A stretch of 64,000 bases of DNA, taken from the human T2T-CHM13v2.0 reference genome, Homo sapiens. Shown here in pieces: positions 1-11,800 of the stretch. The number at the start of each line of letters is the position of its first letter. Positions within the stretch are counted from its first letter, which is position 1. The position numbers and the translations under genes are program-made. The notes below the pieces were generated by a model that worked only from the letters and a program-made list of their open reading frames with translations, was not told the DNA's origin and made no database searches. Location: the NCBI RefSeq assembly GCF_009914755.1, contig NC_060930.1; one strand, given 5' to 3'.

Positions 1-99
1 TGCATTCAACTCACCGAGTGGAACATTCCTCTTGAGAGAGCAGTTTGGAAACACTCTTTCTGTAGAATCAGCTTGTTTGTATTTGGACCTCCTTGAGGC

Positions 100-116
100 C
101 TTCGTTGGAAACGGGT
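100..116 (+). promoter_or_regulatory. CENP-B box (intact core); recurs at this offset in every HOR unit
   Basis: cttcgttggaaacgggt matches the established core NTTCGNNNNANNCGGGN. Confidence 0.92.
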
Positions 117-268
117 TTTCATCTTATAAACCCAGACAGAAGAATTCTCAGAGTCTTCTTTGTGATGTGTGCTTTCAACTCACCGAGATAAAGATTTCTC
201 TTGATAGAGCAATTTGGAAACACTCTTTTTGTAGAATTTGCAAGGGTACATTGAGAGCGCTTTCAGGC

Positions 269-286
269 CTATGGTAGAAAAGGGAA
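269..286 (+). other. A-box (pJalpha-like) motif of an A-type monomer; example of the 9 A-type monomers per 18-mer
   Basis: ctatggtagaaaagggaa occupies the position homologous to the CENP-B box, about 170 bp from the flanking boxes. Confidence 0.7.
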
Positions 287-439
287 TATCTTTCCATAAA
301 AGGTAGACAGAAGCAATCTCAGAAACTACTTTGTGATGTGTGCATTCAACTCACCGAGTGCAACGTTCCTCTTGACCGAGCAGTTTGGAAACATTGTTTC
401 TGTAGAATCTGCAAGTGGATATTTGGACCTCTTTGAGGC

Positions 440-456
440 CTTCGTTGGAAACGGGA
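440..456 (+). promoter_or_regulatory. CENP-B box (canonical)
   Basis: cttcgttggaaacggga. Confidence 0.95.
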
Positions 457-779
457 TTTCTTCCTATAAACCCAGACAGAAGAATTCTCAGAGACTTCTT
501 TGTGATGTGTGAATTCAACTCACAGTGTGGATCCTTCCTTTTGATAGAGCAGTTTTGAAACCCTGTTTTTGTAGTATTTCCAAGCGGATATTCGGAACGC
601 CTTGAAGCGTATGGTAGAAAAGGAAATATCTTCCCATAAAACCTAGACAGAACCAATCTCAGAAACGACTTTGTGATGTCTGCATTCAAGTCACAGAGTT
701 GAACATTTCTCTTGATAGAGCAGTTTTGAAACCCTCTTTCTGAAGGATCTGCAAGTGGATATTTGGAACTCCTTTGGGT

Positions 780-796
780 CTTCGTTGGAAACGGGA
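780..796 (+). promoter_or_regulatory. CENP-B box (canonical), just upstream of the 15-mer breakpoint position
   Basis: cttcgttggaaacggga. Confidence 0.95.
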
Positions 797-1116
797 TTTC
801 TTCGTATAAATCTAGACAGAAGAATTCTCCGAAACTTCTTTGGTTGTGTGCATTCAAGTCACAGAGTGGAACCTTCCTTTGGATAGAGCAGTTTGAAACG
901 CCGTGGTTGTAGTATTTCCAAGCGGATATTAGAGCGCCTTGAGGCCTATGGTAGAAAAGGAAATATCTTCCCATAAAACCTAGACGGAAGCAATCTCAGA
1001 AACTACTGTGTGATGGCTGCATTCCACACACACGGTGGAACATTTCTCTTGATAGAGCAGTTTTGAAACACTCTTTCTGTAGAATCTGCAAGTGGATAAT
1101 TGGACCGCCTTGAGGC

Positions 1117-1133
1117 CTTCGTTGGAAACGGGA
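1117..1133 (+). promoter_or_regulatory. CENP-B box (canonical); absent from 15-mers
   Basis: cttcgttggaaacggga. Confidence 0.95.
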
Positions 1134-1285
1134 TTTCTTCATGTTACTCTAGATAGAAGAATTCTCAAACACTGCTATGTGATGTTTGCATTCAAGTCAC
1201 AGAGTGCAACATTCCTCTTGGTAGAGCAGTTGGGAAACACTCCTTTTGTAGAATCTGCAATGGGATATTTGGACTTCTTTGAGGC

Positions 1286-1302
1286 CTTCGTTGGAAACGG
1301 GA
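1286..1302 (+). promoter_or_regulatory. CENP-B box (canonical), only 169 bp after the previous box; absent from 15-mers
   Basis: cttcgttggaaacggga. Confidence 0.95.
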
Positions 1303-1625
1303 TTTCTTCGTATGAATCTAGACAGAAGAATTCTCAGAAACTTCCTTGTGATGTGTGCATTCAACTCAGCGAGTGGCACCTTCCTTTGGATACAGCAGTT
1401 TTGAAACACTGTTTTTGTAGTATTTCCAAGCGGATATTTAGAGCGCCTTGAAGCCTATGCTAGAAATGGAAATATCTCCCCATAAAACCAAGACAGAAGC
1501 AATCTCAGAAACTAATGTGTGATGGCTGCATTCCACACACACGGTGGACCATTTCTCTTGATAGAGCAGTTTTGAAACACTCTTTCTGTAGAATCTGCAA
1601 GTGGATAATTGGACCTCCTAGAGGC

Positions 1626-1642
1626 CTTCGTTGGAAACGGGA
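1626..1642 (+). promoter_or_regulatory. CENP-B box (canonical)
   Basis: cttcgttggaaacggga. Confidence 0.95.
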
Positions 1643-1964
1643 TTTCTTCATCTAAACCTACAGAGAAGAATTCTCAGTAACTTCTTCGGATGTGTGCATT
1701 CGACGCACAGAATGGAACATTCCCTTTGATAGAGCAGTTTTGAGACACCGTTTTTGTAGAATTCCCAAGTGGATATTTAGAGCACTTTGAAGTCTCTGCT
1801 AGAAAAGGAAACATCTTCATGTAAAAAGTAGATAGAATCGTTCTCAGAAAGTGCTTAGTGACGTGTGCGTTCAACTCACAGAGTTTAACGTTTCTTTTGA
1901 TAGAGCGTTTCTGAAACACCCTTCTTGTAGTAGCTGCAAGTGGATATTTGGACCTATTGGAGGC

Positions 1965-1981
1965 CTTCTTTGGAAATGGGA
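1965..1981 (+). promoter_or_regulatory. Degenerate CENP-B box (both CpGs lost)
   Basis: cttctttggaaatggga. In the 15-mers and U20 it reads cttctttggaaacggga, which still lacks TTCG. Confidence 0.85.
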
Positions 1982-2474
1982 TTTCTTCATGTAACTCTAG
2001 ATTGAAGAGTTCTCAGAAACTCCTTTGTGATGTGTGCATTCAATTCAAAGAGTGAAACCTCCCTTTTCACAGAGCAGTTTTGAAACACTGTTTTTGTAGG
2101 ATTTCCAAGGGGATATTTATAGCGCATTGAGCCTACGGCGGAAAAAGAAACATCTTCCTATAAAAACTAGACAGAATACTTCTCAGAATCTGCTTTGCGA
2201 TGTGTGCGTTCAACTCACAGAGTAAAACTTTTCTTTTGATAGAGCAGTTTTGAAACACTCTTTTTGTAGTATTTGCATGTGTATATTTAGAGCGCATTGA
2301 AGCCCACAGTAGAAAAGGAAATAACTTCACCTAAAACCTAGACAGAAGCAATCTCAGAAACTACTTTGTGATGTGTACATTCAACTCACAGAGTGGAACT
2401 TTCCTCTTTATAGAGCAGTGTTGAAACACTCTTTTTGTAGAAACTGCAAGTGGATATTTGGACCTCTTTGAGGC

Positions 2475-2491
2475 CTTCGTTGGAAACGGGA
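2475..2491 (+). promoter_or_regulatory. CENP-B box (canonical)
   Basis: cttcgttggaaacggga. Confidence 0.95.
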
Positions 2492-2814
2492 TTTCTTCCT
2501 ATAACCCTAGACAGAAGAATTTTCAGAAACCTCATTGTGATGTGTGCGTTCATCTCACAGAGTGGAGTCTTCCGTTTGATAGAGAAGTTTTGAAACCCTG
2601 TTCTTGTAGGATTTCCAAGTGGATATTTAGACCACTTTGAAGCCTATGATAGAAAAGGAAACATCTTCATGGAAAACATAGATAGAATCATCCTCAGAAA
2701 CAACTTTGTGATGTGTGCGTTGAACTCACCGTCTTTAACCTTTCTTTTGGTAGAGAAGTTTTGAAACACTCTCTTTGTAAAGTCTACAAGTGGATATTTT
2801 GTGCCCTTGGAGGC

Positions 2815-2831
2815 ATTCTTTGGAAAAGGGA
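2815..2831 (+). promoter_or_regulatory. Degenerate CENP-B box
   Basis: attctttggaaaaggga lies at the box position of a B-type monomer, with both CpGs absent. Confidence 0.8.
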
Positions 2832-5800
2832 ATGTCTTCACATAAAAGGCAGACGGAAGTGTTCTCAGAAACTGCTTTGTGATGTCTGTGTTCAACTCAC
2901 AGAGTTTAACATTTCCTTTGATAGAGCGGTTTAGTAACCCTCTCTTTGTAGAATTTGGAAGTGTATACTAAGAGCGCTTTGAGGCCTATGGTAGAAAAGG
3001 AAATATCTTTCCATAAAAGCTAGACAGAAGCAATCTCAGAAACTCCTTTGCGATGTCTGCATTCAACTCACCGAGTGGAACATTCCTCTTGAGAGAGCAG
3101 TTTGGAAACACTCTTTCTGTAGAATCAGCTTGTTTGTATTTGGACCTCCTTGAGGCCTTCGTTGGAAACGGGTTTTCATCTTATAAACCCAGACAGAAGA
3201 ATTCTCAGAGTCTTCTTTGTGATGTGTGCTTTCAACTCACCGAGATAAAGATTTCTCTTGATAGAGCAATTTGGAAACACTCTTTTTGTAGAATTTGCAA
3301 GGGTACATTGAGAGCGCTTTCAGGCCTATGGTAGAAAAGGGAATATCTTTCCATAAAAGGTAGACAGAAGCAATCTCAGAAACTACTTTGTGATGTGTGC
3401 ATTCAACTCACCGAGTGCAACGTTCCTCTTGACTGAGCAGTTTGGAAACATTGTTTCTGTAGAATCTGCAAGTGGATATTTGGACCTCTTTGAGGCCTTC
3501 GTTGGAAACGGGATTTCTTCCTATAAACCCAGACAGAAGAATTCTCAGAGACTTCTTTGTGATGTGTGAATTCAACTCACAGTGTGGATCCTTCCTTTTG
3601 ATAGAGCAGTTTTGAAACCCTGTTTTTGTAGTATTTCCAAGCGGATATTCGGAACGCCTTGAAGCGTATGGTAGAAAAGGAAATATCTTCCCATAAAACC
3701 TAGACAGAACCAATCTCAGAAACGACTTTGTGATGTCTGCATTCAAGTCACAGAGTTGAACATTTCTCTTGATAGAGCAGTTTTGAAACCCTCTTTCTGA
3801 AGGATCTGCAAGTGGATATTTGGAACTCCTTTGGGTCTTCGTTGGAAACGGGATTTCTTCGTATAAATCTAGACAGAAGAATTCTCCGAAACTTCTTTGG
3901 TTGTGTGCATTCAAGTCACAGAGTGGAACCTTCCTTTGGATAGAGCAGTTTGAAACGCCGTGGTTGTAGTATTTCCAAGCGGATATTAGAGCGCCTTGAG
4001 GCCTATGGTAGAAAAGGAAATATCTTCCCATAAAACCTAGACGGAAGCAATCTCAGAAACTACTGTGTGATGGCTGCATTCCACACACACGGTGGAACAT
4101 TTCTCTTGATAGAGCAGTTTTGAAACACTCTTTCTGTAGAATCTGCAAGTGGATAATTGGACCGCCTTGAGGCCTTCGTTGGAAACGGGATTTCTTCATG
4201 TTACTCTAGATAGAAGAATTCTCAAACACTGCTATGTGATGTTTGCATTCAAGTCACAGAGTGCAACATTCCTCTTGGTAGAGCAGTTGGGAAACACTCC
4301 TTTTGTAGAATCTGCAATGGGATATTTGGACTTCTTTGAGGCCTTCGTTGGAAACGGGATTTCTTCGTATGAATCTAGACAGAAGAATTCTCAGAAACTT
4401 CCTTGTGATGTGTGCATTCAACTCAGCGAGTGGCACCTTCCTTTGGATACAGCAGTTTTGAAACACTGTTTTTGTAGTATTTCCAAGCGGATATTTAGAG
4501 CGCCTTGAAGCCTATGCTAGAAATGGAAATATCTCCCCATAAAACCAAGACAGAAGCAATCTCAGAAACTAATGTGTGATGGCTGCATTCCACACACACG
4601 GTGGACCATTTCTCTTGATAGAGCAGTTTTGAAACACTCTTTCTGTAGAATCTGCAAGTGGATAATTGGACCTCCTAGAGGCCTTCGTTGGAAACGGGAT
4701 TTCTTCATCTAAACCTACAGAGAAGAATTCTCAGTAACTTCTTCGGATGTGTGCATTCGACGCACAGAATGGAACATTCCCTTTGATAGAGCAGTTTTGA
4801 GACACCGTTTTTGTAGAATTCCCAAGTGGATATTTAGAGCACTTTGAAGTCTCTGCTAGAAAAGGAAACATCTTCATGTAAAAAGTAGATAGAATCGTTC
4901 TCAGAAAGTGCTTAGTGACGTGTGCGTTCAACTCACAGAGTTTAACGTTTCTTTTGATAGAGCGTTTCTGAAACACCCTTCTTGTAGTAGCTGCAAGTGG
5001 ATATTTGGACCTATTGGAGGCCTTCTTTGGAAATGGGATTTCTTCATGTAACTCTAGATTGAAGAGTTCTCAGAAACTCCTTTGTGATGTGTGCATTCAA
5101 TTCAAAGAGTGAAACCTCCCTTTTCACAGAGCAGTTTTGAAACACTGTTTTTGTAGGATTTCCAAGGGGATATTTATAGCGCATTGAGCCTACGGCGGAA
5201 AAAGAAACATCTTCCTATAAAAACTAGACAGAATACTTCTCAGAATCTGCTTTGCGATGTGTGCGTTCAACTCACAGAGTAAAACTTTTCTTTTGATAGA
5301 GCAGTTTTGAAACACTCTTTTTGTAGTATTTGCATGTGTATATTTAGAGCGCATTGAAGCCCACAGTAGAAAAGGAAATAACTTCACCTAAAACCTAGAC
5401 AGAAGCAATCTCAGAAACTACTTTGTGATGTGTACATTCAACTCACAGAGTGGAACTTTCCTCTTTATAGAGCAGTGTTGAAACACTCTTTTTGTAGAAA
5501 CTGCAAGTGGATATTTGGACCTCTTTGAGGCCTTCGTTGGAAACGGGATTTCTTCCTATAACCCTAGACAGAAGAATTTTCAGAAACCTCATTGTGATGT
5601 GTGCGTTCATCTCACAGAGTGGAGTCTTCCGTTTGATAGAGAAGTTTTGAAACCCTGTTCTTGTAGGATTTCCAAGTGGATATTTAGACCACTTTGAAGC
5701 CTATGATAGAAAAGGAAACATCTTCATGGAAAACATAGATAGAATCATCCTCAGAAACAACTTTGTGATGTGTGCGTTGAACTCACCGTCTTTAACCTTT

Positions 5801-8800
5801 CTTTTGGTAGAGAAGTTTTGAAACACTCTCTTTGTAAAGTCTACAAGTGGATATTTTGAGCCCTTGGAGGCATTCTTTGGAAAAGGGAATGTCTTCACAT
5901 AAAAGGCAGACGGAAGTGTTCTCAGAAACTGCTTTGTGATGTCTGTGTTCAACTCACAGAGTTTAACATTTCCTTTGATAGAGCGGTTTAGTAACCCTCT
6001 CTTTGTAGAATTTGGAAGTGTATACTAAGAGCGCTTTGAGGCCTATGGTAGAAAAGGAAATATCTTTCCATAAAAGCTAGACAGAAGCAATCTCAGAAAC
6101 TCCTTTGCGATGTCTGCATTCAACTCACCGAGTGGAACATTCCTCTTGAGAGAGCAGTTTGGAAACACTCTTTCTGTAGAATCAGCTTGTTTGTATTTGG
6201 ACCTCCTTGAGGCCTTCGTTGGAAACGGGTTTTCATCTTATAAACCCAGACAGAAGAATTCTCAGAGTCTTCTTTGTGATGTGTGCTTTCAACTCACCGA
6301 GATAAAGATTTCTCTTGATAGAGCAATTTGGAAACACTCTTTTTGTAGAATTTGCAAGGGTACATTGAGAGCGCTTTCAGGCCTATGGTAGAAAAGGGAA
6401 TATCTTTCCATAAAAGGTAGACAGAAGCAATCTCAGAAACTACTTTGTGATGTGTGCATTCAACTCACCGAGTGCAACGTTCCTCTTGACCGAGCAGTTT
6501 GGAAACATTGTTTCTGTAGAATCTGCAAGTGGATATTTGGACCTCTTTGAGGCCTTCGTTGGAAACGGGATTTCTTCCTATAAACCCAGACAGAAGAATT
6601 CTCAGAGACTTCTTTGTGATGTGTGAATTCAACTCACAGTGTGGATCCTTCCTTTTGATAGAGCAGTTTTGAAACCCTGTTTTTGTAGTATTTCCAAGCG
6701 GATATTTGGAACGCCTTGAAGCGTATGGTAGAAAAGGAAATATCTTCCCATAAAACCTAGACAGAACCAATCTCAGAAACGACTTTGTGATGTCTGCATT
6801 CAAGTCACAGAGTTGAACATTTCTCTTGATAGAGCAGTTTTGAAACCCTCTTTCTGAAGGATCTGCAAGTGGATATTTGGAACTCCTTTGGGTCTTCGTT
6901 GGAAACGGGATTTCTTCGTATAAATCTAGACAGAAGAATTCTCCGAAACTTCTTTGGTTGTGTGCATTCAAGTCACAGAGTGGAACCTTCCTTTGGATAG
7001 AGCAGTTTGAAACGCCGTGGTTGTAGTATTTCCAAGCGGATATTAGAGCGCCTTGAGGCCTATGGTAGAAAAGGAAATATCTTCCCATAAAACCTAGACG
7101 GAAGCAATCTCAGAAACTACTGTGTGATGGCTGCATTCCACACACACGGTGGAACATTTCTCTTGATAGAGCAGTTTTGAAACACTCTTTCTGTAGAATC
7201 TGCAAGTGGATAATTGGACCGCCTTGAGGCCTTCGTTGGAAACGGGATTTCTTCATGTTACTCTAGATAGAAGAATTCTCAAACACTGCTATGTGATGTT
7301 TGCATTCAAGTCACAGAGTGCAACATTCCTCTTGGTAGAGCAGTTGGGAAACACTCCTTTTGTAGAATCTGCAATGGGATATTTGGACTTCTTTGAGGCC
7401 TTCGTTGGAAACGGGATTTCTTCGTATGAATCTAGACAGAAGAATTCTCAGAAACTTCCTTGTGATGTGTGCATTCAACTCAGCGAGTGGCACCTTCCTT
7501 TGGATACAGCAGTTTTGAAACACTGTTTTTGTAGTATTTCCAAGCGGATATTTAGAGCGCCTTGAAGCCTATGCTAGAAATGGAAATATCTCCCCATAAA
7601 ACCAAGACAGAAGCAATCTCAGAAACTAATGTGTGATGGCTGCATTCCACACACACGGTGGACCATTTCTCTTGATAGAGCAGTTTTGAAACACTCTTTC
7701 TGTAGAATCTGCAAGTGGATAATTGGACCTCCTAGAGGCCTTCGTTGGAAACGGGATTTCTTCATCTAAACCTACAGAGAAGAATTCTCAGTAACTTCTT
7801 CGGATGTGTGCATTCGACGCACAGAATGGAACATTCCCTTTGATAGAGCAGTTTTGAGACACCGTTTTTGTAGAATTCCCAAGTGGATATTTAGAGCACT
7901 TTGAAGTCTCTGCTAGAAAAGGAAACATCTTCATGTAAAAAGTAGATAGAATCGTTCTCAGAAAGTGCTTAGTGACGTGTGCGTTCAACTCACAGAGTTT
8001 AACGTTTCTTTTGATAGAGCGTTTCTGAAACACCCTTCTTGTAGTAGCTGCAAGTGGATATTTGGACCTATTGGAGGCCTTCTTTGGAAATGGGATTTCT
8101 TCATGTAACTCTAGATTGAAGAGTTCTCAGAAACTCCTTTGTGATGTGTGCATTCAATTCAAAGAGTGAAACCTCCCTTTTCACAGAGCAGTTTTGAAAC
8201 ACTGTTTTTGTAGGATTTCCAAGGGGATATTTATAGCGCATTGAGCCTACGGCGGAAAAAGAAACATCTTCCTATAAAAACTAGACAGAATACTTCTCAG
8301 AATCTGCTTTGCGATGTGTGCGTTCAACTCACAGAGTAAAACTTTTCTTTTGATAGAGCAGTTTTGAAACACTCTTTTTGTAGTATTTGCATGTGTATAT
8401 TTAGAGCGCATTGAAGCCCACAGTAGAAAAGGAAATAACTTCACCTAAAACCTAGACAGAAGCAATCTCAGAAACTACTTTGTGATGTGTACATTCAACT
8501 CACAGAGTGGAACTTTCCTCTTTATAGAGCAGTGTTGAAACACTCTTTTTGTAGAAACTGCAAGTGGATATTTGGACCTCTTTGAGGCCTTCGTTGGAAA
8601 CGGGATTTCTTCCTATAACCCTAGACAGAAGAATTTTCAGAAACCTCATTGTGATGTGTGCGTTCATCTCACAGAGTGGAGTCTTCCGTTTGATAGAGAA
8701 GTTTTGAAACCCTGTTCTTGTAGGATTTCCAAGTGGATATTTAGACCACTTTGAAGCCTATGATAGAAAAGGAAACATCTTCATGGAAAACATAGATAGA

Positions 8801-11800
8801 ATCATCCTCAGAAACAACTTTGTGATGTGTGCGTTGAACTCACCGTCTTTAACCTTTCTTTTGGTAGAGAAGTTTTGAAACACTCTCTTTGTAAAGTCTA
8901 CAAGTGGATATTTTGAGCCCTTGGAGGCATTCTTTGGAAAAGGGAATGTCTTCACATAAAAGGCAGACGGAAGTGTTCTCAGAAACTGCTTTGTGATGTC
9001 TGTGTTCAACTCACAGAGTTTAACATTTCCTTTGATAGAGCGGTTTAGTAACCCTCTCTTTGTAGAATTTGGAAGTGTATACTAAGAGCGCTTTGAGGCC
9101 TATGGTAGAAAAGGAAATATCTTTCCATAAAAGCTAGACAGAAGCAATCTCAGAAACTCCTTTGCGATGTCTGCATTCAACTCACCGAGTGGAACATTCC
9201 TCTTGAGAGAGCAGTTTGGAAACACTCTTTCTGTAGAATCAGCTTGTTTGTATTTGGACCTCCTTGAGGCCTTCGTTGGAAACGGGTTTTCATCTTATAA
9301 ACCCAGACAGAAGAATTCTCAGAGTCTTCTTTGTGATGTGTGCTTTCAACTCACCGAGATAAAGATTTCTCTTGATAGAGCAATTTGGAAACACTCTTTT
9401 TGTAGAATTTGCAAGGGTACATTGAGAGCGCTTTCAGGCCTATGGTAGAAAAGGGAATATCTTTCCATAAAAGGTAGACAGAAGCAATCTCAGAAACTAC
9501 TTTGTGATGTGTGCATTCAACTCACCGAGTGCAACGTTCCTCTTGACCGAGCAGTTTGGAAACATTGTTTCTGTAGAATCTGCAAGTGGATATTTGGACC
9601 TCTTTGAGGCCTTCGTTGGAAACGGGATTTCTTCCTATAAACCCAGACAGAAGAATTCTCAGAGACTTCTTTGTGATGTGTGAATTCAACTCACAGTGTG
9701 GATCCTTCCTTTTGATAGAGCAGTTTTGAAACCCTGTTTTTGTAGTATTTCCAAGCGGATATTCGGAACGCCTTGAAGCGTATGGTAGAAAAGGAAATAT
9801 CTTCCCATAAAACCTAGACAGAACCAATCTCAGAAACGACTTTGTGATGTCTGCATTCAAGTCACAGAGTTGAACATTTCTCTTGATAGAGCAGTTTTGA
9901 AACCCTCTTTCTGAAGGATCTGCAAGTGGATATTTGGAACTCCTTTGGGTCTTCGTTGGAAACGGGATTTCTTCGTATAAATCTAGACAGAAGAATTCTC
10001 CGAAACTTCTTTGGTTGTGTGCATTCAAGTCACAGAGTGGAACCTTCCTTTGGATAGAGCAGTTTGAAACGCCGTGGTTGTAGTATTTCCAAGCGGATAT
10101 TAGAGCGCCTTGAGGCCTATGGTAGAAAAGGAAATATCTTCCCATAAAACCTAGACGGAAGCAATCTCAGAAACTACTGTGTGATGGCTGCATTCCACAC
10201 ACACGGTGGAACATTTCTCTTGATAGAGCAGTTTTGAAACACTCTTTCTGTAGAATCTGCAAGTGGATAATTGGACCGCCTTGAGGCCTTCGTTGGAAAC
10301 GGGATTTCTTCATGTTACTCTAGATAGAAGAATTCTCAAACACTGCTATGTGATGTTTGCATTCAAGTCACAGAGTGCAACATTCCTCTTGGTAGAGCAG
10401 TTGGGAAACACTCCTTTTGTAGAATCTGCAATGGGATATTTGGACTTCTTTGAGGCCTTCGTTGGAAACGGGATTTCTTCGTATGAATCTAGACAGAAGA
10501 ATTCTCAGAAACTTCCTTGTGATGTGTGCATTCAACTCAGCGAGTGGCACCTTCCTTTGGATACAGCAGTTTTGAAACACTGTTTTTGTAGTATTTCCAA
10601 GCGGATATTTAGAGCGCCTTGAAGCCTATGCTAGAAATGGAAATATCTCCCCATAAAACCAAGACAGAAGCAATCTCAGAAACTAATGTGTGATGGCTGC
10701 ATTCCACACACACGGTGGACCATTTCTCTTGATAGAGCAGTTTTGAAACACTCTTTCTGTAGAATCTGCAAGTGGATAATTGGACCTCCTAGAGGCCTTC
10801 GTTGGAAACGGGATTTCTTCATCTAAACCTACAGAGAAGAATTCTCAGTAACTTCTTCGGATGTGTGCATTCGACGCACAGAATGGAACATTCCCTTTGA
10901 TAGAGCAGTTTTGAGACACCGTTTTTGTAGAATTCCCAAGTGGATATTTAGAGCACTTTGAAGTCTCTGCTAGAAAAGGAAACATCTTCATGTAAAAAGT
11001 AGATAGAATCGTTCTCAGAAAGTGCTTAGTGACGTGTGCGTTCAACTCACAGAGTTTAACGTTTCTTTTGATAGAGCGTTTCTGAAACACCCTTCTTGTA
11101 GTAGCTGCAAGTGGATATTTGGACCTATTGGAGGCCTTCTTTGGAAATGGGATTTCTTCATGTAACTCTAGATTGAAGAGTTCTCAGAAACTCCTTTGTG
11201 ATGTGTGCATTCAATTCAAAGAGTGAAACCTCCCTTTTCACAGAGCAGTTTTGAAACACTGTTTTTGTAGGATTTCCAAGGGGATATTTATAGCGCATTG
11301 AGCCTACGGCGGAAAAAGAAACATCTTCCTATAAAAACTAGACAGAATACTTCTCAGAATCTGCTTTGCGATGTGTGCGTTCAACTCACAGAGTAAAACT
11401 TTTCTTTTGATAGAGCAGTTTTGAAACACTCTTTTTGTAGTATTTGCATGTGTATATTTAGAGCGCATTGAAGCCCACAGTAGAAAAGGAAATAACTTCA
11501 CCTAAAACCTAGACAGAAGCAATCTCAGAAACTACTTTGTGATGTGTACATTCAACTCACAGAGTGGAACTTTCCTCTTTATAGAGCAGTGTTGAAACAC
11601 TCTTTTTGTAGAAACTGCAAGTGGATATTTGGACCTCTTTGAGGCCTTCGTTGGAAACGGGATTTCTTCCTATAACCCTAGACAGAAGAATTTTCAGAAA
11701 CCTCATTGTGATGTGTGCGTTCATCTCACAGAGTGGAGTCTTCCGTTTGATAGAGAAGTTTTGAAACCCTGTTCTTGTAGGATTTCCAAGTGGATATTTA

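Noticed and set aside
1025-1033. Short (CA)n run (cacacacac), also near 1534
   Set aside because: It is only about 4 repeats and is invariant in length across units. It is a monomer-specific variant, not an active microsatellite.
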